A DNA stretch of 62,999 bases, filler included, from Corallochytrium limacisporum Hawaii (Eukaryota; Protista; Pluriformea): NCBI GenBank assembly GCA_002811645.1. It is 5 parts of 5 records of this genome, joined end to end, with 100 filler letters (N's around TTAATTAATTAA, not from the genome) between each part and the next. Parts side by side here need not be neighbours in the genome. Positions count along the whole stretch, not along the records: positions 1 to 16,464 come from PDIP01000254.1; 4 more parts are not named here. The stretch is one strand, 5' to 3'. Shown here piece after piece: positions 1 to 11,845 of this stretch. Under the pieces are notes generated by a model. The model had not been told where the DNA came from, searched no databases, and saw nothing but the letters and a program-made list of their open reading frames with translations. Each line of letters begins with the position of its first letter. Position 1 is the first letter of the stretch. Made by a program: the position numbers and the translations under genes.

Positions 1-65
1 AATAGTCCTTTTTTGAGAGTAGCAGGGACTCTTCGTTTGAATCAGCTATTTAAATATTTGTGCAT

Positions 66-202
66 GATTGTTAAAAAGAGCAAAATATAATGAAATAGAA
101 TAGAATCAATATAAGTTATTATACAATCAAGATTAAAAAAGATCCTCGGGAGTCTAGTTTTTCGGAGTTTTGACCCTGACATACCAGACAGAGGGTGGTA
201 CT
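66..202. mobile_element. Repeated 137-bp element end, candidate terminal region of a mariner-like transposon (copy 1)
   Basis: Matches 16565-16701 with 3 mismatches; homology stops after ...GACAGAGGGTGGTACT. The reverse complement TA-CCACCCTCTGTC resembles the TA-CTCCCTC(C/T)GT termini of Stowaway/plant mariner elements. Confidence 0.5.
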
Positions 203-2169
203 TCGAAATATACAGGTTAACTCATTTTTACCCCTTGACGCCTAGTTTTCAGCAGAACCAGGCCTTGCTGCTATCGTGGTCGGAATATCTGCGGGGGTGG
301 AGAGATACCTCGTTTCGACGGCACGGGTGCTCTGCAGAGCAGTGCCTGTGCTCAGCCGCCCGCGACCGGCCGCAAAGAAAACTTTTTTCTTGGTAACAAA
401 GAATCTGCGAGACCAGACTAGGAAATACAGAGAGAGGTAGAGAGGGAGGGAGCGAAAGAGGGAGACTGGGTGACCAGGCACACGCAGGACCGGGCTCTGG
501 CATCTGTGGTATCTATCAATAGTGAAAGAAAGAAAAGGAAGGGAAGAAATGGAATTGAAACCCCGGAGGGGGTTGGCGGTATGGGGGGTTGGGGGTCCGC
601 GTGCTTTTGGGGTGACCCACAATTCCCTTTCCACCCCCAAATTTCTCACACAGCCATCCGAGTACTTGTACTACGGGACCCCAGGTGCCCCCAAAAAGCC
701 CAAAGCAACAGAAATCAGCGGAGGGCAGAAATGAGGGATGTCAAAATGGCATAAAATTGAGTGAGTTCGGCAAAGGCAAAGAATTTTCCCAGGGGGCTTC
801 TCTGCCCCGTCAATGGTCCTCAACCTTTATAGTCAAAGTATAGTGCGGGTATCTGTCCGCCGGGTGGGAACGGTAGTACTGTTGGAACGAATCCTGTGTT
901 TGAAACTCTGATCTCGAGTGTCCCCAAGTCTCGGCTTTCTTGCTATACTGAATGAATCACAAATCAGGCACTGCACCATTTGCAACGGTCATCACTGAGT
1001 CTGTAGTGAAGAATGCTCTCTAATTGGACGGGTGCGCAAATCCCCCTGGCATACGTATCCTTCAGTTGAAAACACTGAAACAGTGGCCCTATTCAAGAGA
1101 ACAGCGGTCATGATTGTCAAGCAGGGCATACAATGGCAGTAAGGTGGTACTGGACGAAGGCCGCCATGACTGGTGCTGATGTCGTGCACTGGCTGGAGAA
1201 GCAAAAACAAGCCAGATAGTGCTTGGTGAGAACATCGCTGTTACTTGGTGCACCATAGGAGATACAGTTAATCACACCAGCGTTTGGCTGTAGGTCTGTG
1301 GAGTCCATATTTCAAGGACCAGGTTAGCAAGACCTTGCGCAAAAAGATTGTGTGCTTCTCAGAATCTTCTGAGGGTTCCGGAGTACGACAGCGAACTTAC
1401 GATCACCCAGTGGAGAAGTGGCCCGTGAGCCCACAGAGCACCTGTGGACTGCTATTGCTGTATCAAGCAGTACTATTGCACGCATACAAGGGGAACACCG
1501 AAAATCAGATGCCTGGATGGGGAGGGTGAGGGGGGACTGCAGGTGATGTTGGTTTCGCGGGCCAAGGGCCAGTCAGCTGTGTGAGATATGGGGCTTGGAG
1601 CCCCCCCCCCAGAAACACCAGAACTGGAACAAAGAGTAGACAAATGTCCCGATCCCCAAAAAACCACAGCGCAACATTCACGCCGATCCAAAGCAGACCT
1701 GGCTGCACCCAAGGGAATCGGAGTCAGAGAGCGCATGAGTTGAAAAGAGAGCGGCAATGGAGAGGTGACGGAGACATGCGGACAATACGAGAGACAACGG
1801 AATGCAAGCACTGATGGCAACCGTCCAGTTGACACAGATATGGTGATTGGCCATCTGCGGTCCCATGCAGTGGCACATTGCGAATTTCGACGTAGTCTTG
1901 CATACCCCCAACTATGAGTTCTTGAGTAAAATCTTCCAGAATAATTGGTAGCCACCCAATGAGCATCGTAGGGTCATCCACGCAGACACATCATCACTGA
2001 GAGCATGTAACTAGTGTGGATTATGACATCCACATCCATGGTCACGTAATGCAGGCAGTCCCACACACTCGCAGCAGCGTAACCGAAAGCTGCTCCTTTT
2101 GCTCAACTGCATCAAACCCGGATCAGGGGCGGTGGCAGGTCTACGAGATTGTGCCATCGGCACCACTGC

Positions 2170-2279
2170 ACTCGCCACCGTCCCAACACTTGCATTCATG
2201 CGATATATGTGCACTACAGTGCTTACTCGCCACCGTCCCAACACTTGCATTCATGCGATATATGTGCACTACAGTGCTT
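2170..2279. repeat. Perfect 55-bp tandem duplication
   Basis: ACTCGCCACCGTCCCAACACTTGCATTCATGCGATATATGTGCACTACAGTGCTT occurs at 2170-2224 and 2225-2279. Confidence 0.95.
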
Positions 2280-2794
2280 GCTCCCGGGCGTTTGGTCCGA
2301 CGAGACCATCACCAGCACAACATACACGTCCCCAACTCACATGGACGTGATCCATCCACAAGCCATCCGAACGCACTGTCAAGGGCACTCGTACTAGTCC
2401 TGGTCATTATGGGCAGCGAGTTGTTCGTTGAATTGGTACACTTTCCAATGATCGCCGTGCGTAAGGATTTGGGATTAGCAGTCCCCTAATGCAATAGCGA
2501 ATGTCTGCTCTGCTGATAGCTTGCCGCTAGGACTTGGACAAAACCACTGGCACTACTACTCGGCTGGGAAACGGTTGGGGCCTTCCATTATGGTGTGGGG
2601 AAGAAGCCACCGGAATGAATTGAAAACGGTCCGGATATTAGGCTGCTGGGATGGGAGGAATTGTGTCTAGCGGACTGTATAGTGTGATATTGGTAGATGA
2701 AGTATTGATATGGACGATTGTCAATGCCAGATTCTCATGTTCAAAACGAATACAATATGTGTTGGACATACTCACGAAGAGCTGATCTGATTGA

Positions 2795-4297
2795 TCATAC
2801 TTCAATCGGAGTTACTCTGATGGGACATCCCGATTTAAAGCCAACGGTCACTGAGATTGTGGCCTTGGGGTGCTGATTTGGATCCTTCCAATCAAATCCG
2901 GGAGAGAAACGGAAATTTGTCAGAAGTTTTGCTAAAACTGTCTTCATTTCCAACCGACTTAATCGCTCTCCAATGCAGCCCTGCGGACCAGAACCAAAAC
3001 CAAAGAAGTTGCCCGGTTTGGGGGTCCAGTTTGGTGTCTCCAACCACCTTTCGGGACGGAATTCCTTGGCATCAGGTCCCCAATATTCTTCATTGAGGTT
3101 GGCATTGTTGAAGTTCAAGAAGATCATTGCACCCTTGGGGAAGTGCACTCCCTCGATATCCATATCTGTGGCAGCGCGCCGGCCAGTAATGGGCGTTGTG
3201 GGATGAACACGCAATGTTTCGTTGATCACAGCGCCAATGAGAGGCAGTTCTTCCATAGCATCGTAGCCATGCTCGTCAACTCTAGCGGAGACAGCCTCCT
3301 CTCGCATTTTTTGCTGCAAATCCGGACGGTTGCTGATACGATAAAGGATATTACATAGAGTATTGCCTGTCGTTTCATGACCCGCCGCAAAGAACATTGC
3401 TGTTTCATTCACGATGTCTTCCTCTGTGAAGCCGGCCCCGAAGCCACTGTCTCGATGCTTAAGCATTTCATGTACCATGATGCTTACAATGTCGCCATCT
3501 TCGCCCGCATCACCCTTTTCTAATCGCTTTTTGATGACACTCTGAACAAACTTCTCCATGGTCTCACCCATGGCCTTCACTTGTGCTTGATCATTAAGGG
3601 CCAGGCCCCAAAACGGCTTGGGGATCATGATCCTGGCATTAGTAGCAGAAGTCAAGCCATGCACAGCCTGAGAAACATTTTGGTAGTCTTCTGCGTGTTC
3701 CTCTGGATTCAAGGAAAATACAGCCTCCATGAGGACATCGAGTGCCATATGATTCGTGACGTCATGCATATTGACTTCGATATCAGTTGCCTTTTGTTCT
3801 TCAATCTGGTTTCGCCAGCTGTCCATGAAGCGGTCTACTGTCTCAATAGACATACCTACCACAGCTCTCAGACGCCTGGTGTTGAAAGTGGGTAAGACTA
3901 GGCGACGATGATGCCGCCACTGGTCACCTTGCAAGGTGATCAGTCCACGGCCAACTGTTAAAATTATGGAATCAACGAAACCTTCGAAGCGATTGATCTT
4001 GCCGTCACCCACATTATTTTTCAATACTTCCTTAATGAGACTTCCTTTGCCACAAATGATAACGGGCTCGCCAAACAAGAATTGACAGCCAACCACCGGA
4101 CCGTATTCATTATTCATCTTTTGAATCCACAGGTGCTGCCCACCGCGTTTCCCAGCCTCTACCAGAGAGGGTAGAACGCCAACCAATGGTGCACCCTTCG
4201 GTCCTGGCAGGTTGGGTCGCTGCGGATACCTGACAAAGACCAACAACGCAAGCAACACGAGGATGCCCACGATCGCTGTACCGAGATGATCTGCCAT
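2795..4297 (-). CDS. Microsomal cytochrome P450
   Basis: 500 aa. N-terminal TM anchor and Pro-rich hinge (LPGPKG), WxxxR (WRHHR), I-helix AGHETT, ExxR (ETLR), PERW, heme motif FGSGPQGCIG. Confidence 0.97.
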   Translation of the reverse strand: MADHLGTAIVGILVLLALLVFVRYPQRPNLPGPKGAPLVGVLPSLVEAGKRGGQHLWIQKMNNEYGPVVGCQFLFGEPVIICGKGSLIKEVLKNNVGDGKINRFEGFVDSIILTVGRGLITLQGDQWRHHRRLVLPTFNTRRLRAVVGMSIETVDRFMDSWRNQIEEQKATDIEVNMHDVTNHMALDVLMEAVFSLNPEEHAEDYQNVSQAVHGLTSATNARIMIPKPFWGLALNDQAQVKAMGETMEKFVQSVIKKRLEKGDAGEDGDIVSIMVHEMLKHRDSGFGAGFTEEDIVNETAMFFAAGHETTGNTLCNILYRISNRPDLQQKMREEAVSARVDEHGYDAMEELPLIGAVINETLRVHPTTPITGRRAATDMDIEGVHFPKGAMIFLNFNNANLNEEYWGPDAKEFRPERWLETPNWTPKPGNFFGFGSGPQGCIGERLSRLEMKTVLAKLLTNFRFSPGFDWKDPNQHPKATISVTVGFKSGCPIRVTPIEV

Positions 4298-5324
4298 TAT
4301 TTTTTTCGATGTTATTTGCAGTGCAAGAAAGGCTCTTTGTGAAGTCGACTTCAGGCACTCCCGAATCCTTTAGTACCTGCAAAAAATTGACAAAACTAAC
4401 TACCGACTCTGATGGAACAGACATGGACAAGGTCCACCAAGCTGTGCAATTGCGCCTGCGGGACACTTCAAGCGGAATTCCTGCGCATATCATCCGGACC
4501 ACGGCCGCTTCAGGAGAAGCGGAGGGCCTGCATATTTTCCAATCAGGAGATTCCGTCTCCCCGCCTTCGACTCCTGTACTTTAACTATAGGATCCAATCT
4601 ACCCCAGTACAAATATGTGGCAGTATTGCGATCGTACCCAACCTGTCAGAAGTCCCTAAGACATGTATTATGGAGCATCCGGGAAAGCCTGCAATGGCTG
4701 ATACTTTCGAAACCGAGGTCGATACCACGTCTCTTCAAGGTACATAAGGCGCCTGCGAGAGTGCATGCTCGCATACCACTGTATACTCACACACACACAC
4801 ACAAACAGACAGATAGACAAGCACACACACACGAAGAGAAAAGTGGGTCACGCGACAAGCAACCCGTAGCTCGCGGTTGTCCTTTCCTTCTACTTGCTCT
4901 CATTTTCTCAGATTTGCCGCGGCAAGAGAGTGTGAGCTGCCCAATTTCACCCACTGGTGGTAGGGAATGTGTAGTAGTACGAAGCTCAACTGCCCTTTAC
5001 GCTCTTGCCCAGACACCGGAGAATGGTTTTGTACCCACCCGTGCCTTCTGAGTCTCTCAGCAGCCTCCTTAGTAGAAAAAGGGGACTAGCACCGCTCCGT
5101 GATCGTATTTCACCAAGAGTCCGGGAAGGATCACCACCTGCACACGGTCCCCAGGCTCCTATTCCCTTTGCTTTTCCAGTACTCATTCTATTGGAAGAAA
5201 ATGTAATCCCTTGCAACCAAGGGTTTTACCGCGGACCCCCGTGTTGTACTTACTCGGCGGAATTTGCAAGGACGAGTGGGTAGTGAACTCTCGCTTGGTT
5301 CCGACGGAACCTGGGAAGTCCGCA

Positions 5325-5353
5325 CAAGGCCCCCCCCCCGGGGGGGGGCCTTG
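5325..5353. other. C-run/G-run palindrome (CAAGG-C10-G9-CCTTG)
   Basis: Near-perfect inverted repeat; related CnGn motifs recur in intergenic DNA across the window. Confidence 0.8.
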
Positions 5354-6779
5354 GGGTGGGGAGGTGGTTGCTGGGGCTCACGCAGAAATGGTTGGCGTTT
5401 AAGTCCAGGCGATATGGTGAAGCTTGGGTCAATCGGCCCTGTCAGCCACCTCGGGGACGGGAATTTTTACGCACACCAATTCTTGGCACTGGCAACAGCT
5501 GGATCTGTTCTTGTTGAATGTCTTCTTTGCGGACACACTTTCTCTAGACTGAAATCTGTTGGCTCCGCAGGTCCAATGAGTACCTTGCTATGTCGTTTTG
5601 GGAGCCATAGAAATTTATGTGGACCTCCTCCACCATCAGAACACATCCATCCACTAGGTGTATCGGACCAGGGCGACTTTGGCCGTTACCACATCATGCG
5701 GTCATAACTATGGAACGGATTCTGTGTGGACGTTTGCAATTGGAGGGGTTGTGGGGAGGTCGGGGTGAGGAGAAGCGTTGGGACCTATGGGCGATGGGAC
5801 AGGCGAGAGTGCCACCCACTATGGATACAAAGCCTAGTAAAACATATCAACAGATGAAGGGTTGGGCGGGAAATCCTAGAGGCTGATGAACCGCAAGGTG
5901 TCCATCAACCTACGCCATGGTAAAGTTGCAGACAACGACAAAGTGTACCCAGGAATGAGCAAGAGAAGCGGTGTCGTTGCTGGCTTCGAATCCATCCACT
6001 CTGCATATTCCATACCCTCACTTGTAACTTGTGCGCGGTCGGCAACGTTGTGATCGATGCTGAGTTTACAGCTGAAATGTGTCTGCAACGTGCAAGAATT
6101 CCAGGTACATCCCGTAGTGCTTTTATCCGCAGTTTGTACACATGTAATGCAGTACAATTTCGTATCTTCAGCTGAATCTTGTGCAACCATCAGCACCAAA
6201 CTGACAAACCAGGAACAAACGTATATCCAGGCGCGTATACTGGATATGACGGCGCGGGACTCCCGACCCTGGCCTCAAGGATGGGGTCGAAATACAGGGA
6301 TTTGCTGGGAAATTGTCCACACAAATTTTGGATCTTTTGTTTTGGTGAGGGAATGATTCTTGCACGACTTTCCATACAAAGAAAGTAGAGACTCCATAAA
6401 TGGAAATAATTCTGTTTTCCAGAGAATGGTTGGTCCCCAGCTACTAGTTGGTCCCCAGCTGAGCAGCTAGTGGACCAACCGTGCTGCACCAATCGGACAC
6501 CTTGTGCAGAGAGCATAGTCCCTTCACTAATACAAGGGACATGCTAAGCCCTGGGACATACTAAGCCATGTATCATTGTGGAAAGGAAAACTGAAAGCAT
6601 TTTTTGGTGTCCATGAAGAAATTCTTTGGCGCCCAAGCAGTGCAGTGTGCTCATGGTATTTATAATCGGGAATCTCCATACTTACAGCGGTCAGGTGTGA
6701 TCGAGTCAATTGAAAACGAGCCATCGTGAATTTATAACCCTTCTAGAACTTACAATAACAACACAAAACACAGATCAAT

Positions 6780-7304
6780 ATGGGTGCTTGCATGAGTGCT
6801 GGTGCTATGCCAGTTTACTACTGTGATGAACATCGTTGTGACTTGATGATGTGCAGGACGCGTCCCCATCGCTACTACTGCATTGACCATTATTGCCCAA
6901 TGACTCAATGCTGTAGCAGGTACGGATGTCGTCGTTACGGTATGTACGGAGCTGGTGCTGGCGCTGGTGTTGCCGGAGCTGTTGTGGCCGGCGAAATTAT
7001 TCGCGAAGAAAGGATGCGTGACCGCATGGTGCGCGACGAAATCATCCGTGACGAAATCGTCCGCGACGAAATGATGATGGGCGGTGGAATGATGGGTCCT
7101 GGAATGATGATGCGGGAGAACATGATGATGGATCAGATGATGGTACGGGACAACATTATGTGTGACCAGATGATGGTGCAAGACAACATTATGGCAGACC
7201 AGATGATGGTGCAGGATAACATCATGATGGATCAGATGATGGTGCAGGACAACATCATGATGGATCAGACCATGGCAATGGGCGGTGGCCCTGTGGTCTT
7301 CTAA
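6780..7304 (+). CDS. Orphan Cys/His- and Met-rich protein with N-terminal MGxCxS lipidation motif and 11-aa repeats
   Basis: 174 aa. TATA-like TTTATAA about 50 nt upstream, TAATAG double stop, two YYCxxHxC motifs, (DQMMV[RQ]DNIMx)x4 encoded by 33-nt repeats with synonymous variation, 36 Met. Confidence 0.85.
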   Translation: MGACMSAGAMPVYYCDEHRCDLMMCRTRPHRYYCIDHYCPMTQCCSRYGCRRYGMYGAGAGAGVAGAVVAGEIIREERMRDRMVRDEIIRDEIVRDEMMMGGGMMGPGMMMRENMMMDQMMVRDNIMCDQMMVQDNIMADQMMVQDNIMMDQMMVQDNIMMDQTMAMGGGPVVF

Positions 7305-7421
7305 TAGAATTTTATACCAAAATTTTACCGTTCGATTGGACACCAGTGTACAGCTACCACGTACTTAATTTACATTTAGGAAATATAACTCATAGCAACA
7401 GAAGAAATAGTAGCTAGACTT

Positions 7422-7832
7422 CTAAAGAGATGCTTTCTTCAACATTGCGCCCATCTTTTCCCACAATTTATTCATCGCCTTCATGGGACGTACCATAACC
7501 TTGAAGTCATCGATGTGGCCTTCGGAGTTCCAATGGATCAGGTCAACGCCATTGACCTCAATTCCATCAATTTTTGCCTGGAACTCAAGCACTGCATTGT
7601 CACCATCGACCACGAATCGAGTGTAGTGGAATCCAGTGTCCGCGAAAACGTGACCAGCGGCGTTGAGGTACATGAACGTTTTGTCGATTCCTACTTGTGG
7701 AGTGTGGACGACAGGTGACGAAAACACAGCATTCTGCGCCAGCTGGCTCCTAAGAGCTGATGGGTCCTGCTTATTAACATTACTGAGCCATCGTTGGAGA
7801 CGGGGATCTTTGTGTGCAGTGAGTCCTCTCAT
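7422..7832 (-). CDS. NTF2/SnoaL-like family protein, bacterial-type
   Basis: 136 aa with VFSSPVVHTPQxG, AVLEF, IDGIEVNGVDLIHWN and FKVMVRPMKA, typical of the proteobacterial SnoaL-like/NTF2 subgroup. Confidence 0.85.
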   Translation of the reverse strand: MRGLTAHKDPRLQRWLSNVNKQDPSALRSQLAQNAVFSSPVVHTPQVGIDKTFMYLNAAGHVFADTGFHYTRFVVDGDNAVLEFQAKIDGIEVNGVDLIHWNSEGHIDDFKVMVRPMKAMNKLWEKMGAMLKKASL

Positions 7833-9943
7833 AATTCAACAATGGTCCTCAAGTATCAACTATGGAAAATATTCCGTTGCTGCTGTTTGCTCCCCTTTGT
7901 GCTGGCAGATCTGACCATTTTCTTTTGTCCTTGTCATACCCTAGTCTCCTTTAGGTTTGTACCGCAGAGTTTGTTTAGATTCTCACAATGCATGTCGTTC
8001 TTGTGAAAATACGCGCTCTTGTCCGGAGCATAGGGTCGATTTTAGTATTTTCAGTCATACAATCTGAACGGTGTGAACGCGTCAGTTCAATATCACCTGA
8101 GATTATAGGGATTCGCGCACCCACCCGAACAGAGCGAATTCTATACGCGTGCATCCGTGCCCCTCCCATTTAACCATACGCAGCGTCCGAACCATCGCTA
8201 TCGATATCAAAACTACCGAGCAAGGGGAGGCCTCACCGATGAATAAACCTCAGATTCCCCCGAGCGACGTGGAAGCCACGAAGGAAAGAAGGAGGTCAGG
8301 GGGGGGGGGGCGCAAGCATGAGAGGTTCCGTGGCTATAATTAGCAACACAAAAAAGTGGGACCCATGATACCACCGTACTTGCAAAGTTCTCTCCGTAAA
8401 CCCACGGGGGGAGCTTCGCCCGTCATCAGGCGAATTCAATATTATATACGGGGTCCTGAAAAGAAAGGCAGCAAGAAAACCTTTTCCTCCTTTGGTGGGG
8501 GAGTGGGTCGGAGGACTACTACCCTCGGTTCGACCTCCGGCTATGGTGAACTACCGCTACTTTTCATCGAACTCTTCCTTGGAATATCTCACAAATTACG
8601 AAACTCTGACCCCCTTATGTACGCTTTAGCTTGAGTGGCTGGAAAACCCTCCCGGCGCTGTGTATTTTTCGAGCATATCATCTATCATTCATTTTTGAGG
8701 GGCGCTGTCGTCATGAGCTTTGCAGATTACCTGGCCTACAAAGGAATGGCCCGCCGAATTTGCCTTTTAAGTTAGCCGCAATGTAGGAAGGGAAAAGCTG
8801 AAGAAATCCTTTCTTGTTGTGCACCGTCAACAAGTCAGAAATTTGTTCGTGCGTAATTATAGTCTCTGTGGGTGTACGTGTTCTTGGGAAGACTCTTTGG
8901 GCATAACGCAACAGTGCAGAAGCCTTGCTGCTCCACTGGGAGAAGTCGTTGAAATACATATAGATCGTTACCCCCGAAGCACTTCCAAGAATCGGATCCG
9001 GTGCTGTTGTCTCTTGCGTCAGCAGCACAGAACGTATTTAACATCTTGAAAAACCGATATAATCCAGGATTGTGAGATCATGCTTTGTACATGCTGTACT
9101 GTGTATATTCTCATTTGAAGACTGCCAATCATGCTCCGAAATACCTTTCAGATGTTGGTCATGGTACTTGTCAGCCTTGCCCACGCTCAGAACATTCATA
9201 CATCAGATGTTTGTCAGAATGCTGAAGCATGCTGAGACCATTTCGATGTGCATGGCAGTAAGGGTAACATGGCCTGTCGATCAAACGAGTTTGGATGTCA
9301 CAAATGCATCGACATCGAGCAATTTATGGAACACGTTGGTGATGGGCCAATAGACCTCGGCTCCTGCAACTCAAACAATTGTCACTCCCCGCTGATGTGC
9401 ATTATGGGTCAGTGCTGGTGATATGTAAGAATTCTATGATTTTCATCGAAGTAGTCAGAGCTACAGTTGCAGAGTAAGGCTGTCCCAGTAGCATCTGAAC
9501 ATTCTATATGGTATTACACGTTTAAACTCGAAATTGGTACTCTAATTCATACTCGATCTGAATGTTTGGTTTAGCCTGCGAAACTACGACTACGTTATTT
9601 TGTGCCACAGCAGTATCTTTCGTGTTGCGCACAACTTCAACAAATATGCTTTTTTTATCTATACTACACAGATGCGAAACGCAGCTGAGGCTACTGACGG
9701 CGTATGTTGTCGTCCATGGCTTAGACCATAGGTCCACAAGCCCACTGGATCACGGTATCTCAGAGATCACCTTCGTAAGAACCATACGAACGAAGATTAC
9801 AAGAGAAAGGGGGAAACGCGGCCAAGCACCCTGCTTTGTGTAGCTGAAATCAGCTAGTTTATTGACGTCGTACGTGCATCGAGACGATAATAGGTCCCTT
9901 CCGTCCACCAGTCTCACGGGAGCGCACAAGTTGTTGCGTGACT

Positions 9944-11845
9944 TTACGACCTTCTCCTACAGACTTCACTGCCGATAGAATTGGTGCCGGATGCATCAAT
10001 GTAGTCGTAAGCAGCCATGTGTTTGGCCTTATTTCGCATACTGCACCAGTCCTCAATGACACCGTCTGTGACCTCTTCTCCAAACTGGAAACCAATGGCA
10101 AGACCAGGATAATTTCGAGCTCTGTTCATGTTTGCGGAACATCGCGTGATGGAAACTTCGCTGGAGTCAGTGGTGACATCAAATCCAACAGCTGTGCCAG
10201 TGTAGCTCTCAACTTTCTCAACCTCAACATCAATCAACTCAATATTGGTACTGCCGGCAACGACTACGCCACGAGAAGAGTTACCGTGATAACCAGGAAT
10301 AGTAGCTGCGGCATGTGAAAACATGTAGTTGCCACAACACGTAGAGCCGGCTTTGCCATAATTTTTAACGCCGGATACGGCTACTTCCCTGACAGTGACG
10401 TCGCGGCTTCCAAATACTGCCAATCCAATGGCTCCCTTAGCCACGTGATTTTGATCATCTCCATTGCACTGGTATCCAGACTGAGCGTTCAACAAAAAAG
10501 CCAGTTTTGACTCACTGGTGCCTGGAGTGGCCTCTACCCAGTTGATTACTTCCTGAGTGATACTTGAGCGAGCGCCGTCCAAGGAAGCAACTGTGGGATC
10601 ACCCATGACAATGGCTTTGCCCACTAACATCTGGGTATTAGCTGCGATGTCACCTATGTACTCGGCGTCTTCATCTTTCCAAGAAGAGATGGTCAGTGGA
10701 TCTTCCGACTTTGTTTTCTTTTCCTTCAGAAGTTGCACAACAGCTCCAACTGCATCTCGCAAGATGGCACCGCTTGGGGTGCGAACAGTGGGAGTTTCGA
10801 TGATGACACTCTCTTGATCTTTCACAGTTAAATTTTCGAGAAGTATGTTGGTACCCATTGTTGCTGTGTCTTCAGGGACCTTGGGCTCACCGAGCACAGC
10901 CACACCTACTTTGTTGACCAGGAATCCATAGCTGTTACCGTCAATGACTTTCCAGGGATTGGTGAAGACGTTAAAGATGTCCGCTTTTCGTTTCGAGATG
11001 AAGCCGGTGCTCATGACATCATCAAAAACGTCTTGTACCGCTCGCTGTATGGACTCCTGGATATCTTTAGCGGTAAGCTCATCACCTTGCACAATCAAGG
11101 TAGTGCTTGAGCCCCCGGCAACCATGGAATCCACGAACCTCTGCATGAAGCGCACGGAACTGAAGGTTCCCAGAACAGGGACATCCTTACGATTTGCTCC
11201 TTGGCAGTTGCGAATGACAACATTGTTGGCCCCATTGAGGCCAACGGCGGCGAGCTCGTAGCCGTGGAAATCGACGTCTTCTATGAGAACACCATTATTG
11301 TTGTTACCATGAATGCCATGATGGGCACTACGACCAAAAACACCATTGCGGATTGTCACATCTGTCGCTGGCTTCCAAGTGCTGGCATCATCCGTGAAAG
11401 TGAATGGCCCTTGGCCTGGAATAAAGGGGGCAGTTGCCAGCTCCACAATGGCAAAAAAGCGCTGCAAAAGAGCGTGGTCAGCGCCTTGCTCAATGGTCTT
11501 GCCATTCAAGTCAATGTAAGTGTTATCGGTTTCGACTGTGATGGCTGCGAAGAAACCAATACCGTAGGCGTCATCAGGATAGGCCCCCCCATTGGAGGCA
11601 AATTGCTCTGGTGTGAGCCATCCGGAATTGTAGGCATCCTCAGGGTTAATATTTGGCCTAAAAGTAATATCTTCTTCCAAACGATAGCAACCGTTAGGAG
11701 TTAAGATCCGGTAGGTGCCTTGGTCAAAATCCTCTTGCCTCAACTCAATGAAGGTGCCGCACGCTGATCCATCCGGAGCGGCTGCCCAAATGGATCCTGT
11801 CCAAAGAGCCGCACCGATCATTGACCATTGGGCAAATCGCATCAT
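9944..11845 (-). CDS. Secreted right-handed parallel beta-helix (pectin-lyase-fold-like) protein
   Basis: Likely start MMRFAQW at 11845 (AAAATG context) followed by a signal peptide. Beta-helix signatures: IDLNGKTI, DVTIRNG, HHGIHGNNNNGVLIEDV, NNVVIRNC, NILLENLTV, DVTVREVAVSGV, NIELIDVEVEKV. ORF is open upstream to 12016. Confidence 0.8.
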   Translation of the reverse strand: MMRFAQWSMIGAALWTGSIWAAAPDGSACGTFIELRQEDFDQGTYRILTPNGCYRLEEDITFRPNINPEDAYNSGWLTPEQFASNGGAYPDDAYGIGFFAAITVETDNTYIDLNGKTIEQGADHALLQRFFAIVELATAPFIPGQGPFTFTDDASTWKPATDVTIRNGVFGRSAHHGIHGNNNNGVLIEDVDFHGYELAAVGLNGANNVVIRNCQGANRKDVPVLGTFSSVRFMQRFVDSMVAGGSSTTLIVQGDELTAKDIQESIQRAVQDVFDDVMSTGFISKRKADIFNVFTNPWKVIDGNSYGFLVNKVGVAVLGEPKVPEDTATMGTNILLENLTVKDQESVIIETPTVRTPSGAILRDAVGAVVQLLKEKKTKSEDPLTISSWKDEDAEYIGDIAANTQMLVGKAIVMGDPTVASLDGARSSITQEVINWVEATPGTSESKLAFLLNAQSGYQCNGDDQNHVAKGAIGLAVFGSRDVTVREVAVSGVKNYGKAGSTCCGNYMFSHAAATIPGYHGNSSRGVVVAGSTNIELIDVEVEKVESYTGTAVGFDVTTDSSEVSITRCSANMNRARNYPGLAIGFQFGEEVTDGVIEDWCSMRNKAKHMAAYDYIDASGTNSIGSEVCRRRS

